Source: Patescibacteria group bacterium | GTDB lineage: Bacteria; Patescibacteriota; Minisyncoccia; Phycocordibacterales; XYD1-FULL-46-19 | NCBI GenBank assembly: GCA_022705505.1 | Contig: JAKJEI010000001.1 | Coordinates: forward strand, 8,157 to 72,156 | Reading direction: 5' to 3' | Length of the DNA: 64,000 nt | Shown here: piece after piece, positions 37,213 to 46,816 of the stretch | How positions within the stretch are numbered: the first letter of the stretch is position 1 | Layout: every line of letters begins with the position of its first letter | Notes under the pieces: generated by a model | What the model was told of the DNA's origin: nothing | The model's database searches: none | What the model saw: the letters and a program-made list of their open reading frames with translations, nothing else | Made by a program: the position numbers and the translations under genes

Positions 37213-38313
37213 ATGAATATTTCTGTTGGTATTGTTGGTTTACCTAACGTGGGGAAGTCCACGCTTTTTAACGCTCTCACCAGAAAAGGCGTGCCGGCCG
37301 AAAATTATCCTTTTTGCACCATTGACCCATCGGTTGGGATCGTGCCGGTACCTGATGAGCGAGTCGGTTTGTTGGCGGATTTTTCTAAGTCCGCCAAACA
37401 AATTCCAGCGGTGATTGAGTTTGTGGATATTGCTGGCTTGGTCAAAGGCGCGTCGGCTGGTGAAGGTTTGGGCAATCAATTTTTGCAACATATCCGCGAA
37501 GTGGACGTCATCGCCGAAGTGGTACGCGTTTATGAAGACTCCAATATTGCTCACGTTTCCGGTCGGATTGACCCGATTGATGATATTGAAACGATCAACC
37601 TGGAACTGGTCTTGTCTGATTTGCAGACCGTCAGCAAACGAATGGCGAGCCTCGCGCGCGATGTCAAACGCGGCGACAAGGCCGCTGTTGCCGAAAATAT
37701 GATTTTGCTCAAGTTGGAAGAAATTCTTAAAGCCGGTCAAATGGTTTCCTCTCACCTTGCAATGCTCATGCATTCTCAAGAGCGCGAAAATGCCGCAAAT
37801 GTGTTAAAGAATCTCCATCTTTTGTCGGCAAAACCAATCTTGTATGTTTTGAATAAAAAGCATGGTGGCCAAATGATTGAGACGAAACCAACAGAAGATT
37901 TTATTACCAAACTTGGCGCTAAGTTTGTGGTGGTGGATGCCAAGATAGAAGGCGAGTTGTCCGAGCTGGAAATAGATGACCGCGCGGAATTTAAACAAGG
38001 CCTGGGGGTGGAGGATGACGGCGTTAACGATTTGATAAAAGCCAGTTATGAGCTTTTAGGTTTGGAAACGTATTTTACGACCGGTCCTGATGAAACGCGC
38101 GCTTGGACGATAAAAAAAGGCTCCACCGCGCCGGAGGCGGGTTTGGCGATCCATACTGATTTCAAAGAAAAGTTTATTCGCGCTGAAGTGGTGTTTTGGC
38201 AAGATTTGCTTGAAGCCGGTTCTTATGCTGCCGCGCGCGAGAAAGGTTTGGTCAGAACTGAAGGCAAAGAATATGTCGTCAAAGATGGGGATGTGATTGA
38301 ATTTAAAATCTAG
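37213..38313 (+). CDS. ychF: ribosome-binding ATPase YchF
   Basis: VGIVGLPNVGKSTLFNALT with a TGS/YchF C-terminus. Confidence 0.95.
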   Translation: MNISVGIVGLPNVGKSTLFNALTRKGVPAENYPFCTIDPSVGIVPVPDERVGLLADFSKSAKQIPAVIEFVDIAGLVKGASAGEGLGNQFLQHIREVDVIAEVVRVYEDSNIAHVSGRIDPIDDIETINLELVLSDLQTVSKRMASLARDVKRGDKAAVAENMILLKLEEILKAGQMVSSHLAMLMHSQERENAANVLKNLHLLSAKPILYVLNKKHGGQMIETKPTEDFITKLGAKFVVVDAKIEGELSELEIDDRAEFKQGLGVEDDGVNDLIKASYELLGLETYFTTGPDETRAWTIKKGSTAPEAGLAIHTDFKEKFIRAEVVFWQDLLEAGSYAAAREKGLVRTEGKEYVVKDGDVIEFKI

Positions 38314-38332
38314 CAATTAATTATAGAACAAT

Positions 38333-38471
38333 AAAAAAAACCGCAAGAAACGCTTGAGCAGGGCGTGCGGGGTTGTTCGCTTATCGCTACTTAATCCCAA
38401 TCTTGCGGTGGCCAATTTGTGACGGTCTTGCCTTCTCCTCGCGAGAGATTGGCTAGTCTCCTCCTGCGAGT
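38333..38471 (-). ncRNA. candidate small RNA (~140 nt) with consensus promoter and U-tract terminator
   Basis: On the minus strand: -35 TTGCAC (38506-38501), 17-nt spacer, -10 TAGAAT (38483-38478). The 3' end has CCGCAAGA...UCUUGCGG pairing followed by U8 (the plus-strand A-run at 38333-38340). No ORF of substance. RNA family not identified. Confidence 0.35.
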
Positions 38472-38542
38472 AACCAGATTCTAGCAGAGGGAAAACAAAC
38501 GTGCAATAATTGCCGCCCGGGAGTATAATAATTGATAATCTT

Positions 38543-39148
38543 ATGGTCTTGTCTTTATTTGTTTTAATTTTAATAATTATTGTCGTTTTATTAATTGTTT
38601 TTAATAATATGCAAAATAAAAACATTCTTAAATGGGCTTTGGTTATTGGCATTATCATCGTGCTTAACCTTTTCTTCCATTTTGCAACGCGGTTGGTTTA
38701 TAAAATTCCGGAGTATGAAGATTTTTGCCAATCAAAACAAGTAGAGATTCGCCCGGATACTGAGGAATCTTGCGTCGCCGAAGGTGGCGCTTGGATTACG
38801 CCGGCCAAAGAATATTATGAAGAAGCGCCGATGACTCCGCCGATCGGCGCCGAAAAAGCATATTGCGATCCCACTTACACTTGCCGCCAAGAGTTTGAAG
38901 ATGTCAGAGATGTCTATCAACGCAATGTCTTTGTTGTGATGGTTGTTCTTGGCCTCGTTTCTTTGATTCTTGGCTTTGCCCTGGCGGCCAATGAAGCTAT
39001 TTCGCTCGGTTTGTCTTATGGCGGTATTTTGTCGTTCATCATTGCCTCTATTCAATATTGGTCGGCCATGGATGATTATTTGCGGGTGATAATTCTGGCC
39101 TTGGCCTTGGCCATCTTGATTTACCTGGGATACCGGAAATTCAAATAA
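38543..39148 (+). CDS. integral membrane protein, hypothetical
   Basis: Hydrophobic N- and C-terminal helices around a Cys-containing soluble loop. The track ORF starts at a TTG at 38510; the ATG at 38543 is preferred. Confidence 0.5.
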   Translation: MVLSLFVLILIIIVVLLIVFNNMQNKNILKWALVIGIIIVLNLFFHFATRLVYKIPEYEDFCQSKQVEIRPDTEESCVAEGGAWITPAKEYYEEAPMTPPIGAEKAYCDPTYTCRQEFEDVRDVYQRNVFVVMVVLGLVSLILGFALAANEAISLGLSYGGILSFIIASIQYWSAMDDYLRVIILALALAILIYLGYRKFK

Positions 39149-39265
39149 TTCTCGCCAAAGGTTTGGTCCGCGAAAATCAATTGGCTCAGCCTAGGCTGAG
39201 CCAATTGATTTTCTCCTTTTTCGTGGTAAAATCAGCTCATTATCTCTTAAATTTTTTAGACATAA

Positions 39266-42200
39266 ATGCCCTCAAAAAAACCCGCTGCCAAATCTCAAGC
39301 TTCAAGTAAGTATGACCATAAAAAGATAGAACCGAAATGGCAAAAAGTCTGGCGTCAGTCAGATATTTACCGCGTCAAGGAAGACAAGAAAAAAGACAAG
39401 GCTTATGTTTTGGACATGTTTCCGTATCCATCAGGCGAGGGTTTGCATGTTGGTCACCCCAAAGGCTATATCGCGACCGATATCTATTCTCGTTACAAAC
39501 GGATGAAGGGCTTTAATGTTTTGCATCCCATGGGCTGGGACGCTTTTGGTTTGCCCGCCGAAAATTATGCCATAAAAAATAAGATTCACCCCGAGACCGC
39601 TGTCAAAAAAAACATCAAACGTTTTAAGGAACAGTTGGAAATTATCGGTTTTGATTATGATTGGTCTCGCGAGATAAACACCACTGACCCCAAATACTAT
39701 AAATGGACTCAATGGATTTTTTTGCAATTGTGGCAAAAGGGCTTGGCTTATCAATCCTATGAACCGATTAACTGGTGTCCGTCTTGCAAAACCGGTTTAG
39801 CTAATGAGGATTTGGAGGATGGTAAGTGTGAGCGTTGCGGTTCAGAGGTGGAAAAGAAGCCAATGCGTCAGTGGGTGCTCAAAATTACCGATTATGCCGA
39901 ACGTTTGTTAGAGGATTTGGAAGACTTGGCCTGGCCTGAATCAATCAAAGAGTCCCAACGCAACTGGATTGGCCGAAGTGAGGGCATAGAAATAGATTTT
40001 GAACTTAAAACCAAGAAGCTGAGATATGTTTTTTTGCACGGTTTTAAGAGCGGACCGAATCGTTGTTGGTTCCCATGGCTTAAACGTGAACTGGAAAAAC
40101 GCGGGCACGAGGTAGTGGTGCCGGCCCTGCCAAACCCTTTTTTGCCGGATGTCGTCAACCAGACGGAATTTGTGCTGGAAAATGTTTCTTTTGACGAAAA
40201 CACGGTTTTGGTTGGGCATAGTTTGGGGACAGTTGTCGGCTTGCGTGTTTTGGAACGTCTCAAGAAACCAATTAAAAAATTTGTGGCAGTTTCTGGTTTG
40301 GTGGAACCAAAGTTCAAAGACAAAGACCGCCCGGCTGCCGCTTTTTTGATAAATTGGGACTTTGATTTTGCCAAAATTAAAAAAAATGCCGGCGACGTTG
40401 TTATTTTGGAAGACCAGACTGACTATTTGATAAATCAAAATCAAGGAGAAAATCTGGAGGCCAAGCTGAATGGCCGACTAGTTCGCTTTGAAGCGAAAAG
40501 AACTCATACTTGCGGTACGGTGGAGCCAGTGGTGCTAGAAAATGTTTTGGATACGGTGAAAGTTTTTACGACGCGCGCCGATACGCTTTTTGGCGCCACT
40601 TACGTGGTCTTGGCGCCGGAGCATAATTTTGTTCAGAAAAATTTGTCAAAGTTTGACAACAAATCAGAAATCCAAAAGTATCAAAAACAAGCCACTAAAC
40701 AAAGCGAGATAGCCCGCATCGCGGAAACCAAAGAAAAAACCGGTGTTCAATTGAAAGGCGCGGTCGCGGTTAACCCGGCCAATGGCCGTGAAGTCCCTGT
40801 TTTTATCGCTGACTATGTTTTGCCGGATTACGGCACCGGCGCGGTGATGGCGGTACCGGCGCATGATGAGCGTGATTTCGCCTTTGCCAAGAAATATAAA
40901 CTGCCAATTATTCAGAGTATTGCCAAGAAGAACGCGCCAATCAAAAGTTACCTCATGGGCGCAAACCAGATTTCTGATGGTGAATTGGAAGAAGTTGGCG
41001 CCAAGATTTACGAAAAGAAGCCGGACGGCGACCGTCTCTTGGTTTTATCAGCAAAAAAGTTGCCAGCCTACGAAAAATTGATCAGCGAAAAAATGACCGC
41101 TGGCTATTGGAATGAATATGTGGGCAAGGAAATTGTTTTTCTTTTTAAGGATAAAAAAGATCGGGTGACCAAGATTGTTTTGACACCGGAAACTGCGGAG
41201 GAGGTTGATAAGTTGGCAAATGAATTTTCTGCAGACAAAAAAAGAAAATTTGTTTCGCCTTGGACCTGGCTGGCGGAAAATGATTGGTATAAAGATTTAA
41301 TTATCCATACTGAAGCGGGTGTTTTGGTTAATGCCGGTAAAAAATTCACCGGTCTTTCAAGCGAGAAAGCCAAGTTGGCGGTTTCGCGCTATGTGCGAGG
41401 CAAACAAGTTGTTAAATACAAACTTCGTGACTGGGTCTTTTCGCGTCAACGTTATTGGGGCGAGCCAATCCCGGTTGTTCATTGCGACAAATGCGGAGTC
41501 GTGCCGGTGCCGGAAGACAAGCTGCCGGTCAAGTTGCCGAAGGTCAAAAGTTATGCCCCAACCGACACGGGCGAATCACCTTTGGTCGATATTGAAAAAT
41601 GGGTCAAAACCAAATGTCCGGCTTGCAGCGGACCGGCTAAACGCGAAACCAACACAATGCCGCAATGGGCGGGTTCTTCTTGGTATTATTTGCGTTATCT
41701 GGACCCGAAGAATGAGACTGCTTTGGTTAGCCAAGACAAAGAAAAATATTGGCAAGAAGTTGATGTCTATGTCGGTGGAACCGAGCATGCCACTAGACAT
41801 TTGATCTATGCGCGTTTTTGGCACAAGTTTTTGTATGACCTCGGTGTGGTGAGCCGACCGGAACCTTTTGCCAAACTCAAGAACCAAGGTTTGATTTCCG
41901 GGAGTGACGGCCGCAAAATGTCTAAGCGTTGGGGAAACGTGGTTAACCCTGACGATGTCGTAAAATCTTACGGCGCCGATAGTTTGCGTGTCTATGAAAT
42001 GTTTATGGGCCCATTTGAAGCCGGCGCTTCTTGGCAAACTGAAAATATGATTGGCGCGCGTCGTTTTCTGGAAAAAGTTTGGCAGTTGTCGAAAAAAGTG
42101 GAATCTCAGAAAGGCGACAGCCTGCTGGTTGTTCAAGTCCACGAGACAATCAAAAAAGTTGGCAAGGATATCACGGACTTTGCCTTCAATACCGCTATTT

Positions 42201-42586
42201 CTGCCTTGATGATTTTGGTCAACGAGTTAGAAAAACAGCCGACAGTCAGTCGAACTGATTTTGAGAATTTACTTAAGCTTTTGGCGCCGTTTGCCCCGCA
42301 CTTGTCTGAAGAATTATGGTCACAGTTAGGGCACAAAACCTCTATTCATTTGGCGCCGTGGCCGACCTATGACGCTCAAAAGACCGTCAAGCAAGAGCTC
42401 AAAATTATGATACAAGTAAATAGCAAAATAAGAGACAAAATTGTTGTGCCAGCGAGCGCTAGTGAAGAAGAAATTCTCAAGCAGGCTCGGGCAAGCGCCG
42501 GCGCGAAGCGATGGCTTGAAGGGCAGACAATTAAAAAAGCTTTTTATGTGAAAGGCCGTCTAGTTAATTTTGTAACCAATAAGTAG
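39266..42586 (+). CDS. leuS: leucyl-tRNA synthetase with an inserted alpha/beta-hydrolase-like module
   Basis: HIGH-region (PYPSGEGLHVGHPKGY), CP1 editing motifs (TTRADTLFGATY, PAHDERDFAFAKKY), and KMSKR near RKMSKRWGN. At 1106 aa it is about 250 aa longer than usual. Confidence 0.95.
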   Translation: MPSKKPAAKSQASSKYDHKKIEPKWQKVWRQSDIYRVKEDKKKDKAYVLDMFPYPSGEGLHVGHPKGYIATDIYSRYKRMKGFNVLHPMGWDAFGLPAENYAIKNKIHPETAVKKNIKRFKEQLEIIGFDYDWSREINTTDPKYYKWTQWIFLQLWQKGLAYQSYEPINWCPSCKTGLANEDLEDGKCERCGSEVEKKPMRQWVLKITDYAERLLEDLEDLAWPESIKESQRNWIGRSEGIEIDFELKTKKLRYVFLHGFKSGPNRCWFPWLKRELEKRGHEVVVPALPNPFLPDVVNQTEFVLENVSFDENTVLVGHSLGTVVGLRVLERLKKPIKKFVAVSGLVEPKFKDKDRPAAAFLINWDFDFAKIKKNAGDVVILEDQTDYLINQNQGENLEAKLNGRLVRFEAKRTHTCGTVEPVVLENVLDTVKVFTTRADTLFGATYVVLAPEHNFVQKNLSKFDNKSEIQKYQKQATKQSEIARIAETKEKTGVQLKGAVAVNPANGREVPVFIADYVLPDYGTGAVMAVPAHDERDFAFAKKYKLPIIQSIAKKNAPIKSYLMGANQISDGELEEVGAKIYEKKPDGDRLLVLSAKKLPAYEKLISEKMTAGYWNEYVGKEIVFLFKDKKDRVTKIVLTPETAEEVDKLANEFSADKKRKFVSPWTWLAENDWYKDLIIHTEAGVLVNAGKKFTGLSSEKAKLAVSRYVRGKQVVKYKLRDWVFSRQRYWGEPIPVVHCDKCGVVPVPEDKLPVKLPKVKSYAPTDTGESPLVDIEKWVKTKCPACSGPAKRETNTMPQWAGSSWYYLRYLDPKNETALVSQDKEKYWQEVDVYVGGTEHATRHLIYARFWHKFLYDLGVVSRPEPFAKLKNQGLISGSDGRKMSKRWGNVVNPDDVVKSYGADSLRVYEMFMGPFEAGASWQTENMIGARRFLEKVWQLSKKVESQKGDSLLVVQVHETIKKVGKDITDFAFNTAISALMILVNELEKQPTVSRTDFENLLKLLAPFAPHLSEELWSQLGHKTSIHLAPWPTYDAQKTVKQELKIMIQVNSKIRDKIVVPASASEEEILKQARASAGAKRWLEGQTIKKAFYVKGRLVNFVTNK

Positions 42587-42692
42587 CGTTTGACTTATAC
42601 TAAAATAAATGATACAACTAAAGACAGCAACTAACCGGTCAAAAGAAGGACCACTCGGTCGCTAAAAAATAAAAAATTATCAGTAAAAACTT

Positions 42693-43739
42693 ATGGCCAC
42701 TAAAACAACAAAAGGTTTTTCCATAAAACCAAAAGAGATTACCAAAAAGCTACTCAACGTTTTGCCGGAACGCAATCGCGATATTTTAACCAAGCGCTAT
42801 GGTTTGGACAAAAACAGCAAACGCCTAACCCTTGAGGCAATTGGCAGCGAATATGGAATTACGCGCGAGCGTGTTCGTCAGATTGAAAATTTTGGCCTGG
42901 GCATGACCAAAAAATCCAAGACCTATGAAAGCGCGACGGAGGCTTTTGAGCAAATCAAAGATTTGATGAATGAATACGGAAGCGTGGTTCACGAGCGGGA
43001 ATTTTTGGGGTCTTTGGCCAAAGACGAATTAACTCAGAATCACATCCATTTTTTGCTGGTTGTTTCTGATAATTTCACTAAAATCAAGGAAGACGAAGAA
43101 TTCCATCATCGCTGGACGGTCAATGAAGAAAAAGCCGCTAAGGTTCATCAGTCATTGCGCAGACTTTGCGCCGGATTTTCCGAAGATGATTTGATTCCCG
43201 AACCGGAGCTTATCACTAAATTTCTTAAAGAATTAAAAGATTTTTCCAACGAACCAAATTTGGAAGGCTTGGCTCCGAAGTGGCTCAAAATTTGCAAACT
43301 TTTGGCGCGTAACCCGCTTGGCGAATGGGGGCTCAACACCTCGCCAAACATCCGCATGCGCGGTATTCGCGACTATGCTTATTTGGTGTTGCGGCAAAAC
43401 AAGGCCCCTCTCCATTTTACCGAGGTGGCTCGAGAAATTGATAAAACCTTCAACAAAAAAGCGCACCCAGCTACTTGCCACAACGAGTTGATAAAAGATG
43501 GTCGCTTTGTTTTGGTTGGTCGCGGCCTTTATGCTTTGACTGAATGGGGTTATTCTCAGGGCACGGTTGTTGACGTCGTGATGAGGATCCTGAAAGAGGC
43601 CGGCGCTTTATCAAAAGACGAAATCATCAACCATGTTTTGAAAGAGCGTTTTGTCAAAGAAAACACGATTTTGGTCAACCTGCAAAATGCCAAGTATTTC
43701 AAGCGTGACGAAAACGGACGTTACTTCTTGGTTTCCTAA
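42693..43739 (+). CDS. DNA-binding protein with sigma-70 region-4-like HTH (N-terminal) and winged-helix-like C-terminus, hypothetical
   Basis: RNRDILTKRYGLD...LTLEAIGSEYGITRERVRQIE resembles sigma70 region 4. The C-terminal ~90 aa resemble a HARE-HTH / RNA polymerase delta-like fold. Confidence 0.45.
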   Translation: MATKTTKGFSIKPKEITKKLLNVLPERNRDILTKRYGLDKNSKRLTLEAIGSEYGITRERVRQIENFGLGMTKKSKTYESATEAFEQIKDLMNEYGSVVHEREFLGSLAKDELTQNHIHFLLVVSDNFTKIKEDEEFHHRWTVNEEKAAKVHQSLRRLCAGFSEDDLIPEPELITKFLKELKDFSNEPNLEGLAPKWLKICKLLARNPLGEWGLNTSPNIRMRGIRDYAYLVLRQNKAPLHFTEVAREIDKTFNKKAHPATCHNELIKDGRFVLVGRGLYALTEWGYSQGTVVDVVMRILKEAGALSKDEIINHVLKERFVKENTILVNLQNAKYFKRDENGRYFLVS

Positions 43740-43745
43740 AATCTT

Positions 43746-43796
43746 ATCCACAATCATAAAAACGCGGCCAAAGGCCGTGTTTTTATGATTGTGGAT
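43746..43796 (+). terminator. 24-bp-arm hairpin (atccacaatcataaaaacgcggcc-aaa-ggccgtgtttttatgattgtggat)
   Basis: Near-perfect long inverted repeat (one G-U position) starting 7 nt after the stop of the preceding gene. A T-rich stretch follows. Confidence 0.45.
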
Positions 43797-43850
43797 GAAA
43801 GGGTTTTTGCCCAGTGGTTTTTTTCTCAGTAATGTTTTATTATTTAGAGG

Positions 43851-45107
43851 ATGGTTTTTATTTTAAACCTGATAGGGAACTTTTTTAGCCAGACTTGGTA
43901 TTGGATTTCTTTGGCCCTGCCTTTTACGGTCTATTTTTTGCCGTTCGTTTTGGCCTATGCTCTTTGGGAGTCTTATTTGGCTTTTATTCGCGAACGATAC
44001 ATAAACAAGGAAGAACGTATTTTGCTGGAAGTCAAAATTCCGAAAGAGATTAGCAAATCGCCGGCCGCGATGGAGCTTCTCATGCATGTTTTTTACCAAA
44101 CTTATGAAGGCGAGCTGGTAGACCAATACATCAAGGGCACTGTTCGTTCTTGGTTTTCGTTGGAGTTAGCCTCTTTTGGCGGCGAAATCCATTTCTATTT
44201 CAATATTCCGAAGTTTTTCAAAGACTTGGTAGAAGCGCAAATTTATTCTCAGTATTCCGAAGTGGAAATTTTTGAAGTTGACGATTACACGCAACAAGTA
44301 AACTTTGGCCAACCGGATTCGCCGTGGGAAATTTTCGGCTGGGAGTGGAAATTTGCCAAAGCTGATATTTACCCAATCAAAACTTATTATGATTTTGGTT
44401 TGGAAAAAGATCCCAAAGAAGAATACAAAGTTGACCCGATGACGCCCCTTATGGAATTTTTGGGCTCTATCAGACAAGACGAACAAGTTTGGTTTCAGTT
44501 TTTGGTCATGGGCGGCAAAGATCGTTTCCCAATCAAAAATAAAAAAGCAAAATGGTATAATTTCTTTTCAAAGGTAGAAATGAAGGGTTGGAAAGATGCT
44601 TCTCAAGAGGAGTTACAAAAAATTCTAAAACGTGAAGAAAAAGGCGATGATATTGCTTCCTTTGTAAAGTTGACAATGTCGCCCGGCGAGCGCCTTTTGG
44701 CTGAATCAATAGAAAGACACTTGGCCAAACTTTGTTTTGACGTTGGCATTCGCGCCGTTTACGCTTCTAAAGAAGGCATCCGCCCGATTGTCAAAGTCGG
44801 CGTTGGCAACAGCATAAAACAATTCGGTTCGCCCGGCATGAATGGTTTTAAGGTGGCGGCTACCACGAGCTATAACCAACCGTGGGAAGATTACAAGGGG
44901 ATTAGAGCCAGACGTTTGAAAAAACTGATGTTTAAATATTTTCGTGAACGCGCCTATTTCTATCCGCCAGCCAGCAAAAAACCAATGGTGATGACGACTG
45001 AAGAATTGGCAACACTCTACCACTTCCCAGGCCAAGCAGTTACTACTCCATCGCTGTCGCGTATCCCGTCCAAACGAGGTGAACCGCCAGTTAACCTGCC
45101 ATTATAG
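43851..45107 (+). CDS. hypothetical protein with N-terminal TM helices
   Basis: 418 aa with no recognisable motifs. Confidence 0.5.
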   Translation: MVFILNLIGNFFSQTWYWISLALPFTVYFLPFVLAYALWESYLAFIRERYINKEERILLEVKIPKEISKSPAAMELLMHVFYQTYEGELVDQYIKGTVRSWFSLELASFGGEIHFYFNIPKFFKDLVEAQIYSQYSEVEIFEVDDYTQQVNFGQPDSPWEIFGWEWKFAKADIYPIKTYYDFGLEKDPKEEYKVDPMTPLMEFLGSIRQDEQVWFQFLVMGGKDRFPIKNKKAKWYNFFSKVEMKGWKDASQEELQKILKREEKGDDIASFVKLTMSPGERLLAESIERHLAKLCFDVGIRAVYASKEGIRPIVKVGVGNSIKQFGSPGMNGFKVAATTSYNQPWEDYKGIRARRLKKLMFKYFRERAYFYPPASKKPMVMTTEELATLYHFPGQAVTTPSLSRIPSKRGEPPVNLPL

Positions 45108-45109
45108 TT

Positions 45110-46114
45110 ATGATTGAAGATAACACTACGACTCAAAACCTCAAGCTAAGCGAGGATAAAAAACAAATTGTGGCAACTGTGGGACAATATGTTCTGACCG
45201 CCTTTATCCTGGTTTTTATTTTGTTTAACTTGACCTTCGTCTTTCCGCCCTATACCTTTCCGGACGAGGTTTATTTCCGCGTGGAAAGCGGCGAGACTGC
45301 CGGCGAGGTGGCCGAAAATTTATACCAACAAAGTTTGGTTCGTTCACCGAAAACTTTCAAAGCCCTGATTTTTCTTTTGGGCGGCCAAAAGAAAATCCAG
45401 GCGGGCAGTTATTATTTCGGCGAACCGATTTCTACCTTGGCGATTGCGATGCGTCTCACAAACCGCTTTTTGGGCCACGAGCCGTACCGGATTACTTTTT
45501 TTGAGGGCGCGTCGGCGGCGAAAATTGCCAAGGCCATCAGCCAAGAAGCGCCCGACTTTAACGAAGAATTGTTTGTGGAGTTGGGGACTCATTGGGAGGG
45601 CTATCTTTTTCCCGACACCTATTTCTTTTCCAAACTGGACGGTCCGGCCGATATGATTAAGGTAATGCGGGATAATTTTGATACTCGCATAAAGGAAGTA
45701 GAAGGCGATATCAAAGCGACCGGTAAGACGATGAATGAAATAATCACGATGGCCTCTATTATTGACCGTGAAGTTCGCACCGAAAAAGACCGCCATCTTG
45801 TTTCCGGCATACTTTGGAAAAGAATTGCCTCCGGTATGCCCCTGCAAGTGGATGCCACCTTTGAATATTATTTGGGCAAAACTACTTTTGACCTGACCAA
45901 GACCGACCTTAAGTCCGAATCGCCTTACAACACTTATGTCAACAAGGGTTTGCCTCCAACTCCAATCGGCAATCCGGGTTGGGACGCGATTGTCGCCGCC
46001 ATTTTTCCCGAAGAAAGCGATTATTGGTTTTATTTATCTGACCATGATGGGAATATCCACTACGCCAAAACGTTTGAGGAACACAAGGCTAATCGCGTTC
46101 GCTATGGGATATGA
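45110..46114 (+). CDS. mltG: endolytic murein transglycosylase MltG (YceG family)
   Basis: N-terminal TM segment and YceG motifs, including GLPPTPIGNPGWDAIVAA. Confidence 0.85.
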   Translation: MIEDNTTTQNLKLSEDKKQIVATVGQYVLTAFILVFILFNLTFVFPPYTFPDEVYFRVESGETAGEVAENLYQQSLVRSPKTFKALIFLLGGQKKIQAGSYYFGEPISTLAIAMRLTNRFLGHEPYRITFFEGASAAKIAKAISQEAPDFNEELFVELGTHWEGYLFPDTYFFSKLDGPADMIKVMRDNFDTRIKEVEGDIKATGKTMNEIITMASIIDREVRTEKDRHLVSGILWKRIASGMPLQVDATFEYYLGKTTFDLTKTDLKSESPYNTYVNKGLPPTPIGNPGWDAIVAAIFPEESDYWFYLSDHDGNIHYAKTFEEHKANRVRYGI

Positions 46115-46231
46115 GGAAGGTTATAAGTTTTAGCAAAAAGACAATTTTTTATTTTAATTTTTATAGCTTACATTCATTACCATTCGTTTCATTCGTATGA
46201 ATTCGTATATTAGTGTCGTGCTTAATTTATT

Positions 46232-46786
46232 ATGGAAAAGAAACAAAAATTAGCTTTTATAGACCTTGAAACCACCGGCCTTGACCCGGAAAAGCACGAA
46301 ATTTTAGAAATTGGTGGAGTCGTTGTTTGGCACAATATTGATGATCGTGGAGTCAACTCTTTTCAAGAAATTGGCGAGTTTGAATACAAAGTCAAACCAA
46401 AACATCTTGAGACGGCCAGCCCTGAAGCCTTGCGGATAAACCATTACAATGAAGCGGATTGGCTTTTTGCCGGCGAACTAAATCAAACGTTAAAAGATTT
46501 GAGCAAGAAGGTAGAAGGGGCCGTGATGGTCGCGCACAATGTCGCGTTTGACTGGGGTTTTTTGAGTGCGGCCTGTTTTCGCGAAAATATTGATTTAAAA
46601 ATGGATTACCACAAACTAGACCTGCTTTCTATCGCCTTTGCCAAACTTTATAACAAGGATTGGACGCCCAAACTTAATCTTTGGGCCTTGGCCGAGCATT
46701 TTGGTCTTCAAAATAAAAAAGCTCACTCCGCCCTCGCCGACGCCCGCGTCGCTTACGAGATTTATCAGAAATTGATGACGGGGTAG
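46232..46786 (+). CDS. DnaQ-like 3'-5' exonuclease (DEDDh)
   Basis: LAFIDLETTGLDP...HNVAFDWGFL...HSALADARVAYEIY. Confidence 0.8.
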   Translation: MEKKQKLAFIDLETTGLDPEKHEILEIGGVVVWHNIDDRGVNSFQEIGEFEYKVKPKHLETASPEALRINHYNEADWLFAGELNQTLKDLSKKVEGAVMVAHNVAFDWGFLSAACFRENIDLKMDYHKLDLLSIAFAKLYNKDWTPKLNLWALAEHFGLQNKKAHSALADARVAYEIYQKLMTG

Positions 46787-46816
46787 AGTTTAAACTAGGA
46801 AGGACTTTAACTGTTT

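Noticed and set aside
38333-38510. Assignment of the minus-strand sRNA candidate to SRP RNA, 6S RNA, tmRNA or RNase P RNA
   Set aside because: The conserved primary motifs are absent: SRP domain IV GGAA/AGCA, RNase P GGAAAGUCCGG, tmRNA GGGG...CCACCA ends. The GGAGAAGGCAAGAC stretch is only vaguely SRP-like.
38317-38658. 113-aa minus-strand ORF in the ychF-downstream spacer
   Set aside because: Low-complexity translation (runs of I/K/L/F). It overlaps the promoter, terminator and A/T runs of the candidate sRNA and the start of the next plus-strand gene. Most likely non-coding.
40016-40525. Intein in leuS
   Set aside because: The insertion lacks intein hallmarks: no Cys/Ser/Thr at an N-terminal splice junction, no terminal His-Asn, and no Hint or homing-endonuclease blocks. 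It instead shows a GxSxG nucleophile elbow typical of alpha/beta hydrolases.
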